From a virus: 64,000 bases of DNA. The notes below the pieces were generated by a model. That model was not told the origin of the DNA and did no database searches. It saw only the letters and a program-made list of their open reading frames with translations. Made by a program: the position numbers and the translations under genes. Below, piece after piece: positions 8,352 to 16,868 of the stretch. Position 1 is the stretch's first letter, and each line of letters begins with the position of its first letter. The stretch lies in the IMG/VR virus record IMGVR_UViG_3300024329_000007, positions 15,937 through 79,936 of that record. The stretch is one strand, 5' to 3'.

Positions 8352-10205
8352 TTATATATTCTTAATAAAATCATTAAATGTTTGGAAATCCGTTTTAGTA
8401 GATTCTTGCACAACTCCCATAGAGTCTTCCAGTTTAGACTTTAACTCAGCATACATATTATGTAATGCCTTTGGTGTTAGCTTCTTAAAGAGCTTCTCAT
8501 CACCGTCTAACATTGCATTTCTTACCTGTGTTGCTGATATATTCTTACCAGTTCTAGGGATTTCAAATAAACCAAAGTCATCTCTAACTCCTAGGTCATC
8601 TCTATATTCTTGTTTATCTACTTGGAATCCATAAGTTCTCATTCTATCACTTCCTGTTCCCCATAATACTGGTTCGTATTTTGGTCTCATTGCATTAAAC
8701 ATAGTGTCAATACCGCCGGTTGGAATTACAAAAACTTCTTCGATTGGATATTTAGATTTTAAAGAGTTAATCATTGCTACTTGAGTCTCCTCATCATAAG
8801 GTCTCTTAAATGCATCCTCTTTTTTCTTGTTCTTAGCTTTTACTAATAATATTACTACTGGGTAGCCATTTTGTTTATGAATAGTTTCAACTACTTTAGC
8901 ATGGCCTAGTGTAAATGGTTGGAATCTACCAACAAACATATTAACTAATTTCTTGCCTTGTTCTGGGTGGTCCACCTTTAATGCTTCTAAAATAGGACTT
9001 GTTTGTGATTTTAAATCTTGATTATTTAAGTATGTTTGAAAATTCATAACCTCATCTTCTTTTACATCTCCAACAATTAGGCTTTCAATATTAGTGACTA
9101 TTGTGTTTACTTTTGACATTAAGTCTTTATTAATAATATCTGTTTCTTTAGTTCTCTTTTTTCTAAAGCTACCTAATGCTATTTTAAAAAGCTCAGATAA
9201 AACTTTATTGTTTACTAATGATATTGTTTTCTCATTCTTAATAAACGCTTTATTAAGTTCAAAACCTGGAAGTGATGCAAAGTCAGCAGAATTAAAACTA
9301 GTTCCGATATACTTAGTAGCATGCTTATCAATATAAGCATTAAAAATAATTGAAATTAGTTCAATATATCTTTCATCAGTTTTTTCTGCGTCTAATTGAA
9401 TTGTATTAAAATCATAACCGCTCATAAATTCAACTAAGTCTAGAATAGACAGTTGATACATGTCGGATGGTGTTCTATCATTATTATAATCTCTATCAAA
9501 TCTTTCTAATTTAAAACTTTTTACATTTTTACCTTCATAGAAATTAATAATAAACGAATCTATATCTTTATCTAGAGTATTGTTTAATGCAGCACTAGAA
9601 GTAGCAGAATTAAATATATTGTAAACTGCTCTAGTAAAAGATTGTTCTTTAAATTTATTTTTAAAAGCCTCTTCGGAAAGTTCTAATATATCTAATAAGT
9701 CATTAACTTGATCTTCTGATAATCTACCTTGAAATATAATTTGAGGTCTTTGTACATCTAATAAATCAGACCAATGATAAAGAATATTTGGGTCTCTAAT
9801 TACCTTTTTAATTTGACTAGGATTAGTTGAACTTATCGTTTGTATGTGTGTTAATATTAAATTATTTTTAGGTAAGGCATCGTACTCAATGTCGATTGCT
9901 TTTTTAGTTGGTAAATAATCAAAACCAAATTTCCAATCTGTTGGAAGCTTTTCTAAAAGTTTAGGATCTAAAGATTTAAAATAATTAATTGCATTTTCAT
10001 AATATTTAACAATAGTCCTATCAACTTTATTCATAGCTATTTTTGAACCACTTTTATAAAATTCAAATTCTCCATTAGAAGATCTTTTAACATGAAATGA
10101 AGAGGCTTGTATCTTTTCAGATATAAGACTTGTTGATTTTATTAACTTAATAAAATCTTGTCTATTACTTGATTCAAAATATGTTTTTAGGTTTTGTAAT
10201 GCCAT
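8352..10205 (-). CDS. Degenerate ligase-like N-terminal domain fused to cytidylyltransferase-like (HIGH-superfamily) nucleotidyltransferase
   Basis: C-terminal FVGRFQPFTLGH and ISATQVR motifs; N-terminal ISEKIQAS resembles a degenerate EKxDG. Confidence 0.7.
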   Translation of the reverse strand: MALQNLKTYFESSNRQDFIKLIKSTSLISEKIQASSFHVKRSSNGEFEFYKSGSKIAMNKVDRTIVKYYENAINYFKSLDPKLLEKLPTDWKFGFDYLPTKKAIDIEYDALPKNNLILTHIQTISSTNPSQIKKVIRDPNILYHWSDLLDVQRPQIIFQGRLSEDQVNDLLDILELSEEAFKNKFKEQSFTRAVYNIFNSATSSAALNNTLDKDIDSFIINFYEGKNVKSFKLERFDRDYNNDRTPSDMYQLSILDLVEFMSGYDFNTIQLDAEKTDERYIELISIIFNAYIDKHATKYIGTSFNSADFASLPGFELNKAFIKNEKTISLVNNKVLSELFKIALGSFRKKRTKETDIINKDLMSKVNTIVTNIESLIVGDVKEDEVMNFQTYLNNQDLKSQTSPILEALKVDHPEQGKKLVNMFVGRFQPFTLGHAKVVETIHKQNGYPVVILLVKAKNKKKEDAFKRPYDEETQVAMINSLKSKYPIEEVFVIPTGGIDTMFNAMRPKYEPVLWGTGSDRMRTYGFQVDKQEYRDDLGVRDDFGLFEIPRTGKNISATQVRNAMLDGDEKLFKKLTPKALHNMYAELKSKLEDSMGVVQESTKTDFQTFNDFIKNI

Positions 10206-10207
10206 TG

Positions 10208-11509
10208 TTATCTACCGTATTTAATAATTCCCATTAATTGATTAATTGCAGCAAAAGTTCCAGTTAGTTTATAAGTATGTCCTTTATATCTAAATACAAG
10301 GCCTTCGGTTGGTATGATAGATTCAATACCTCCAATTCTATCTAAACGTTCTAGTTCTTTAGCTACTTTATTTATCTGAGTTATATCTCCGCCCTTTTTA
10401 ATCTTATCAGCTTCTGTTCTAATTTGATTATGCAGTCTCTGCATTTCTTTATCTGGATTTGCAGCCACAAAGTTAGAAGCGTTCTTTAAGATAACAGAAC
10501 CTAATTCTAAGAAAAGATCTTCAAAAGGTCTAATATTTTCTTTATATTTCTTTTTAACATCTTCTTTGTCAAATCTTTTAACAGCAGCTGCTTCATCTTT
10601 TCCTATTTCCTTTGCAAGACTTCTTAGATTAAGTGTTTTCTTATCTCCATAAGCCCATCTTAATAATAAGCCTTCTTTATAGTCTTGTTGTAAATCGGGG
10701 AAGTTTTTATCAATAGTTTCTCTCCACCACATTTCATGATATCTAGAAACCTCATCTGCATCTGTTAATCCATAACGATCTCTTAGCGCTTCAACCTTTT
10801 TTATAAACTTAAGTTGGTTCTTTTCAAAATCAATATCCTTACCTATCTTAATAATTTGTGGTGGAATAACTGTAAAGACTTTACCAATATTAGCGTTAAC
10901 TTTTTCTAAAGCAGCAGCAATTGATTTACCGTACTTAGGCTCTTCGCCAATTATATTACCATTACCATCTGTTATTTTAATTCCATGAAATTGAATAACG
11001 TCTCTATCATAATAGATAACATTTGGGTTTTTAGAGTAGATAAGCTCCATGTTCATAAAGTTCTTACCATTATCAAATGCTTCTAAATCTTTATCAGATA
11101 ACTTGACTAGAGAAGTTGCTAAATCTTTAGCAGCAAAAATATAAGTTTCTTCAACTAATTTTGATGCATGTCCAGTAAACATATCGATAATACCATTAAG
11201 GTCTAATGGGTTTGCCATTTGTCCTTTATTTCTAGCAAACATTGCTTGGCCATCCTTTACAGTGACAAAAAGATTTTGCCCATCAGTTTTTTCAGTAGGC
11301 TCTTCTTCAAAATTAAGTTCACCGCTAAGTCCAGATTGGATTAATTTTTTAAAGTCTCCAAATGTTAATTGTTTATTATCAAATGGATGTGACATGTGTC
11401 CTGCGGCACCACCTTCAAGTATTAAAGCCTCATTAACCGAAAATGAAGGAGCCTCTTTCAAAGTCCTTCTTTCCAGTACAAATTCTCTATAAGATTGTAG
11501 TTTTTTCAT
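10208..11509 (-). CDS. ATP-dependent RNA/DNA ligase-like nucleotidyltransferase (DUF6267-like)
   Basis: TEKTDGQN (motif I KxDG), NMELIY, EGLVF (motif IV), YKLTG (motif V); N-terminal GGAAGHMSHPFD. Confidence 0.6.
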   Translation of the reverse strand: MKKLQSYREFVLERRTLKEAPSFSVNEALILEGGAAGHMSHPFDNKQLTFGDFKKLIQSGLSGELNFEEEPTEKTDGQNLFVTVKDGQAMFARNKGQMANPLDLNGIIDMFTGHASKLVEETYIFAAKDLATSLVKLSDKDLEAFDNGKNFMNMELIYSKNPNVIYYDRDVIQFHGIKITDGNGNIIGEEPKYGKSIAAALEKVNANIGKVFTVIPPQIIKIGKDIDFEKNQLKFIKKVEALRDRYGLTDADEVSRYHEMWWRETIDKNFPDLQQDYKEGLLLRWAYGDKKTLNLRSLAKEIGKDEAAAVKRFDKEDVKKKYKENIRPFEDLFLELGSVILKNASNFVAANPDKEMQRLHNQIRTEADKIKKGGDITQINKVAKELERLDRIGGIESIIPTEGLVFRYKGHTYKLTGTFAAINQLMGIIKYGR

Positions 11510-11510
11510 A

Positions 11511-13583
11511 TTATGCTAGTGATGATTGTAAAATTCCTGCACATTTTCCGTAGTCACCATCGCATTTTTTTAATATGCCGGCAACAACCTCGTCTGCTTT
11601 AGCCTCATCAAATTCTTCTCCAAAAGCTTTTTGTAATACTTCGTATGCGTATTCTTTAAAATCTTCTTCAGATTTAATTTCAGCCTCGTTTACAGATTCA
11701 AAAAGAGAATTAAAATCATCTAATAAAGATTGTCCCATTCTTTCTTCTTTAAGCTCTTGTAAAAATAGAGCAGTTCCTTCAACAATCCCTTGGCCAGACC
11801 ATCCTGCCGCATTAGCGATATCTGAATAGTATTTGTCTAGAATCCTTTTTAAAGTAGTAGTTCCTAGTTTTACAAAGTGTCCACCTAGACCTGGTAACTT
11901 AATCTCTAAAGCCGCCATTTTACCTTTAATGTTTCTAGAAACAATTTTTTCTCTATGGAAGTTAGCGTCTGTCATTGCTTCTTCAAAAAGATATTTAACA
12001 CAACCTCTAATAGACTCATGAGACATTGCACCAAAATCTGGTAAAGTCTTATAGAATATTTTCTTATATTGTGTAACTACCTTTTTAGCATCTCTTTTGC
12101 CGTCAACTTTAATAGCTTCATTAACTACTGATTCATTGCACATTGAAACTAATTCTTGTGCAATCTTTTTTGCTTTAGAACCTTTATGTCCATAAGATTC
12201 AACTGTATCTAAAGCATCTTCCATTTCCATGCCATGTAATTCTCCCATGTCTCCTCCTCTTTCATCTAAAAGATCCTGTAAGATATTTTCAGCTTCTGAT
12301 TCATTAACTACTGATTCAAAATAATCTTCATAGTCAGAGATTGAGTCTGGTCCCCATACATCAGCTAAAACTTTTTCGATATCTTCTCTTTTACCGGTTA
12401 ATTTAACTTCTGGGTAACCGTGGTCACCTTCTTCTTTTTGAACTTTCATTTTAACTTTATTCTTCTTTAAAGATGTAGTTAAGGGTTTAAATTTAGTTGG
12501 GTGTATATCGTCATCGTTTCCAAATTCTATACCCGAAAGAGATGTTTCATTAACAACTGATTCAAAGGTTGATGATGGCATTAGTTCTTTATCGCCATAT
12601 ATGTCTGCTACCAACCAATTTTTATTCTCTTCATCCCATAAATAAACCCACTCAGCGCCGGCTCCATTTGAAACATCATTTAAATATTGGTCTACTTTTT
12701 TATATTGTCCTGTTGTTTGCATGTCACCGCTTTCACCACGATCTCTTCCGTAAAAAATAGTATAACCTCTAGTCGGATTAGAAAAACTATGTTTCTTACC
12801 TATTGATTTATCTAAAAATGAAATACCAGCCTTTCCTAATTTCATTAATTGCTTAATGTCACTTTCGCTATATCCTTTTAACATTGGTAGCATGTGCTCT
12901 GGGTAACCATCAGAATGTACGTATGTTGATGTGATTTTACCACTCTTACTAAGAATACCAATTTGAGATCTAGTTGATTCGTTAACCGCAAGCGACTCAA
13001 ATGCTGGAACTAACTCTGCGTTTCCGTCTACATGTAGCATATACCATTTACCATCTCGCTCGTCAAAAAGATAAACATATTCTGCCCAACCAATATCTTC
13101 TAGATATTTAGACATGTTTTTAATCTTTCCTTTTTGATTTTCCATGTCGCCATAGTAATTCATATACCTTGGGTCTTCTTCTAATCCAGAGCTACCTCCA
13201 TTTTTAAGAACCATGTTTAGTGGCGAACCACCCTTTAAATATGTCATCTTAATAAGTGGTAACATTGCTTCTGGATAAGAATCAGCATGTGTGTATACAC
13301 TTTCTATATTACCTCTTTTGTCTATTTTACCAAAATGGCCTCTAGTGGCTTCTGTTAGTAATAAAATAGACTCATTAAGGCCTAAATTTTTTAACTTGTC
13401 AAAAAATTCAAATCTTTTTTCTTCTTCTAATTCTTTTATTCGAGTTACTCCATATTCAGATAAAAGTTCTTTAAATAGATCTGCTTCGTTAGATCTTTTA
13501 GCGTTCTGTTTTTTCTCTAATGCAACAGTATCTTTTTCATGTTTTGCTGCAGAAAATTCAGCAAATGAATTTAATTTCTTCAT
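11511..13583 (-). CDS. Modular polyprotein-like internal head protein (about 7 modules)
   Basis: Leader MKKLNSFAEF; junctions LLLTE, FESLAVNE, FESVVNE (x2), NESVVNE, FESVNE; tandem duplicated HxD(G/S)YP domain. Confidence 0.6.
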   Translation of the reverse strand: MKKLNSFAEFSAAKHEKDTVALEKKQNAKRSNEADLFKELLSEYGVTRIKELEEEKRFEFFDKLKNLGLNESILLLTEATRGHFGKIDKRGNIESVYTHADSYPEAMLPLIKMTYLKGGSPLNMVLKNGGSSGLEEDPRYMNYYGDMENQKGKIKNMSKYLEDIGWAEYVYLFDERDGKWYMLHVDGNAELVPAFESLAVNESTRSQIGILSKSGKITSTYVHSDGYPEHMLPMLKGYSESDIKQLMKLGKAGISFLDKSIGKKHSFSNPTRGYTIFYGRDRGESGDMQTTGQYKKVDQYLNDVSNGAGAEWVYLWDEENKNWLVADIYGDKELMPSSTFESVVNETSLSGIEFGNDDDIHPTKFKPLTTSLKKNKVKMKVQKEEGDHGYPEVKLTGKREDIEKVLADVWGPDSISDYEDYFESVVNESEAENILQDLLDERGGDMGELHGMEMEDALDTVESYGHKGSKAKKIAQELVSMCNESVVNEAIKVDGKRDAKKVVTQYKKIFYKTLPDFGAMSHESIRGCVKYLFEEAMTDANFHREKIVSRNIKGKMAALEIKLPGLGGHFVKLGTTTLKRILDKYYSDIANAAGWSGQGIVEGTALFLQELKEERMGQSLLDDFNSLFESVNEAEIKSEEDFKEYAYEVLQKAFGEEFDEAKADEVVAGILKKCDGDYGKCAGILQSSLA
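12115..12566. repeat. Three in-frame direct repeats encoding ESVVNE
   Basis: tcattaac(t/a)actgattca at about 12118, 12301 and 12547; nearly the same DNA as the KESVVTEAK repeats at 6.5-7.4 kb. Confidence 0.85.
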
Positions 13584-13616
13584 CTTTTATATTTTTTTAT
13601 TTTTTATAGTATTAGA

Positions 13617-15125
13617 TTATATATCCCCCTCAAAAGTTACGTTTTTAATATCATACTTAAACTTCTGTTCTTTATAGATTTTCTGCCTAGCTTTTGAGTG
13701 TCTTATTAAGTAGTTATCCCAATCCGGTGAGCTTAAGTCATCTACAAAGTCAATAATGTTTACACTATCCTTTGATTTATGTTGCCTTAAACCTCTACCA
13801 ATAGATTGCCTAATGATTACTTCTGATTTAAATGATTCTGTAAAGAATATGTTGTGGATTTTCTTGATGGATATACCAGTTGAGAATGTACCGTATGAAG
13901 CGACGATAACGACTTCTTCTCCGGCTTCCATTTTCTTTTTATATTCTTCTCTAATATCTTTATCAATTCCGCCATCAACATAATAAACTATTTTATTACT
14001 TTCTTGCCTAAGTTTGTCATATATCTTTCGGCCATGTTCAATTCTGTGAAAAAGAACGAGGCTATTTCTCTTAACTCTTGAAATTACACTTGTTATAAAG
14101 TTAAGTCTTCCAGGGGAATTAATTATATAGTTCTGTTCAAATTTAAAAACATCCTTGCTTTCATATCTATTCTGTGACATCTCTCTAAAAGCATCCTTTG
14201 TAGATTGTGCAGCATAATCCATTTTAATTACCTTAACGTGACATTGTGCAATATGTCCTTCATTTTGTAAAAAGTTTGCAGACACCTCCGTAATTACCGG
14301 TCCAGTATAAGCCATAAGAGTAAGTCTATCCAATGTGTTTGCTTTTGGTATTGTACCAGAGAGTCCGCTTCTATATTCAGCGTTAACACATTTTTGTAGA
14401 ATAGTTTTAATTGATGTAGACTTGGCCTTATGTGTTTCATCAATAATAACAGCATCAAACTGTTCAAAATATTCTTTATCTTTTTTAACAAGGGATTGAT
14501 AAGTACCAACTACTACATTTCTACCCGGCCTAATCTTTTGGCCAGAATAGATTTGTTGTACTTTAATATTTGCCCTGCCTTTCCAATTATAGTCTAAAAA
14601 ATCTTCAGTGGCCTGTACTACAAGAGAAACATTAGGTACAATAAAGAGTATTCTTTTTGCCTTTTGTTTTTCTAACATATATGCTACTGTAAGAAATGAA
14701 ATTAAAGTTTTCCCGGCAGAAGTTGCTAATTCAGATAAGCACTTTCTAAATTTAAGGATGTTAAATGCAGCCTCAATCTGATAATCTCTTGGAGTTATTT
14801 GAGAGCCCTCAAAAAATTCTAAGGCCCATTCGGTAAAAGTTTCTTGATTAATATTTCTATCAAACAATTCAGTAATACCATTTATTTTTAATTCGTATTT
14901 ATATTCTTTACAAACATTCATCACTTCTCGCCAAAGACCAGAAGGAATCCATTTGTCATCTTTTATATAAGATATGTAGCCATCCCATAGTCCCTTTTTA
15001 ACCAATGGGTGAAATCTCCAATTTTCTACCCTACGGTTTAAAGAAATATTGAGCTGTTCGATTTCCATTTCTGTAGCCGAATCAACTCTTAGCAATTGCT
15101 TATTATCTGTTAAACTTATTTCCAC
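13617..15125 (-). CDS. uvsW: UvsW-like SF2 DNA helicase
   Basis: WDGYI N-terminal motif, PRDYQ, ATSAGKT, DETH, SGLSGT, QSIGRGLR; adjacent to uvsY. Confidence 0.92.
   Translation of the reverse strand: MEISLTDNKQLLRVDSATEMEIEQLNISLNRRVENWRFHPLVKKGLWDGYISYIKDDKWIPSGLWREVMNVCKEYKYELKINGITELFDRNINQETFTEWALEFFEGSQITPRDYQIEAAFNILKFRKCLSELATSAGKTLISFLTVAYMLEKQKAKRILFIVPNVSLVVQATEDFLDYNWKGRANIKVQQIYSGQKIRPGRNVVVGTYQSLVKKDKEYFEQFDAVIIDETHKAKSTSIKTILQKCVNAEYRSGLSGTIPKANTLDRLTLMAYTGPVITEVSANFLQNEGHIAQCHVKVIKMDYAAQSTKDAFREMSQNRYESKDVFKFEQNYIINSPGRLNFITSVISRVKRNSLVLFHRIEHGRKIYDKLRQESNKIVYYVDGGIDKDIREEYKKKMEAGEEVVIVASYGTFSTGISIKKIHNIFFTESFKSEVIIRQSIGRGLRQHKSKDSVNIIDFVDDLSSPDWDNYLIRHSKARQKIYKEQKFKYDIKNVTFEGDI
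13618..13625 (-). promoter_or_regulatory. GATATATA putative late promoter heading the internal-protein block
   Basis: Exact octamer 35 nt upstream of the ATG at 13583; recurs before six other gene starts. Confidence 0.55.
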
Positions 15126-15146
15126 TTAATGTGTTTTTGTTTCTTT

Positions 15147-15569
15147 TTATAGATCCTTTAATGCCAATCTATTTCGGATTGCAAAGCCCATATTATCTAG
15201 GGTTTTGACCGATTCTCTAAAAAAATCTAATTGATTTTCTAGATGTGATAGTATCATGTTCTCATTTGAAAGATCAGTTTCAATAAACTTTTCTTTTTGC
15301 TTCTCACCAAGCTTATAGTCATATTCATAATAACGAATATAAGCCTCTCGATACCTAACACTTATTTTTGATTTTTGCTCTTTAATCTTAACATTCATAT
15401 ATGCCATTTGATCTATAAGAGTCTGTCTAGAAGATAGCACATCTGCTATAGTGCCTTCCATTGTATTAATATTACGAAGGCTTTGTGCGAGTGCTTTAAT
15501 TTTATTAGACCACTCTGTTCTTTGGGTACTTAACTTAGCATCCAAATTTAATATTTGTTCTTTACTCAT
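15147..15569 (-). CDS. uvsY: UvsY-like recombination mediator
   Basis: Helical 140-aa protein with YIRYY and C-terminal KTLDNMGFAIRN; next to uvsW. Confidence 0.7.
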   Translation of the reverse strand: MSKEQILNLDAKLSTQRTEWSNKIKALAQSLRNINTMEGTIADVLSSRQTLIDQMAYMNVKIKEQKSKISVRYREAYIRYYEYDYKLGEKQKEKFIETDLSNENMILSHLENQLDFFRESVKTLDNMGFAIRNRLALKDL

Positions 15570-15579
15570 TTATGTTTAT

Positions 15580-15804
15580 TTAAAATAAAGATTTATCATC
15601 ACCTCGCTTGGGCTTTATGTAAACGCTGGTTTTTTGTTTCTTTTTAAACTTGGGTTTACCAGGATCAAAAGCAACACTTTCCGGTTTATGCTCAATTGGT
15701 GTAAAGTCAATAAGTAATTTAAGGTTTTTAAATCTACTCTTGTCTCTATAAAAATCTTCTAAGTTATCTTCCACTATATCGTTAATATCTTCTATAAGTA
15801 CCAT
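15580..15804 (-). CDS. Hypothetical protein
   Basis: 74-aa ORF overlapping the primase stop. Confidence 0.6.
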   Translation of the reverse strand: MVLIEDINDIVEDNLEDFYRDKSRFKNLKLLIDFTPIEHKPESVAFDPGKPKFKKKQKTSVYIKPKRGDDKSLF

Positions 15805-16868
15805 AAGTCTAATTGGTTTGATGTGAAATAATTATTAATTTGCTTATGTGCATTTGACTTAAGCTCAAAACATTTTAACATCAAATCATTTAAATCTTTG
15901 ATATTATATTTATCTAGATTATTATCTTTAAGAAATTTAGACCACATAAATACTGATTTACCTTTTTTAAGTTTTTCAATCATTTTAGAGCGTCCTGTTT
16001 TATCATTATCAAACATATATCTAACCGTAGCCATTTCGTCAAACTCATCTGTAGTTCTACCAGCAGTTGCTAAAGCAATAGAGTTATGCATAAACTTAGC
16101 ATCAAGTGGCCCTTCAAAAAGAGTTACTGGTCTTTGAAAGTTAATTTGCATAATACCAAATAAGGTTGATGCCTTATTCATATTGCCTAATAATGTTGGT
16201 TCTACTTCAAGTTGATTTCCCATTTCAGAATAGAGTTTTGATAGATCGTAAGTTAGATACCTAGAACCATAGCCCTTCATTTTTCTAGTTTGAGCTCCCA
16301 TCACCTTTCCAGTATTGGTCATATTAAGAATCCAAAGTCGATGGCCCTTTTCTGTATAAAGGAATTCATCGGTTCTATTATGAAGAAGTCTATCTTTTAA
16401 TTGAAACCAAATCCAATCACCAGGTTCAACTGGCTTAGCTTTAAAAGACTTTTTAAAATCATCAAGTGTTATTGCATATTCTTCAACTGAACTCATTACA
16501 GCATGCTTAAGCGTGTCCTCTGAGTTTATTTTGACCTTATTCTGTTGAATATAGTCAATTACTGTAAAAGCATCATCAGAATTACTAAGCTTAATGCCAT
16601 GGTCTTTTAATAAAGAATGGATATTTGTATGTTCGCTGCAGTTATAACAATGATATTGAAGCGTATCCCAATACATGTTACCACGCTTTTTAGTATGGTC
16701 TGTATGTGAATCGCCACAATAAGGACATGCCAGGGTTATTCGCCCTGGCATGCTCTTAAGAAGTTGTTTACTAGGAGAAGAGTGTTCTTGTACGCAAAGT
16801 TCCTTTAACGCTTTTTTAATTCTTTCTCTTAGTTCTTCCGTTAATTGTATATTAGATGTCGAGGTCAT
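15792..16868 (-). CDS. DNA primase (T4 gp61-like)
   Basis: Zn ribbon CPYCGDS...YHCYNC; TOPRIM motifs FEGPLDA, FDND, KDLND. Confidence 0.92.
   Translation of the reverse strand: MTSTSNIQLTEELRERIKKALKELCVQEHSSPSKQLLKSMPGRITLACPYCGDSHTDHTKKRGNMYWDTLQYHCYNCSEHTNIHSLLKDHGIKLSNSDDAFTVIDYIQQNKVKINSEDTLKHAVMSSVEEYAITLDDFKKSFKAKPVEPGDWIWFQLKDRLLHNRTDEFLYTEKGHRLWILNMTNTGKVMGAQTRKMKGYGSRYLTYDLSKLYSEMGNQLEVEPTLLGNMNKASTLFGIMQINFQRPVTLFEGPLDAKFMHNSIALATAGRTTDEFDEMATVRYMFDNDKTGRSKMIEKLKKGKSVFMWSKFLKDNNLDKYNIKDLNDLMLKCFELKSNAHKQINNYFTSNQLDLWYL

Noticed and set aside
6483-12566. Dispersed 18-30 nt direct repeats as a CRISPR array
   Set aside because: Spacing is 183 to about 690 nt and irregular, all copies are in frame inside long ORFs, and no cas genes are visible.
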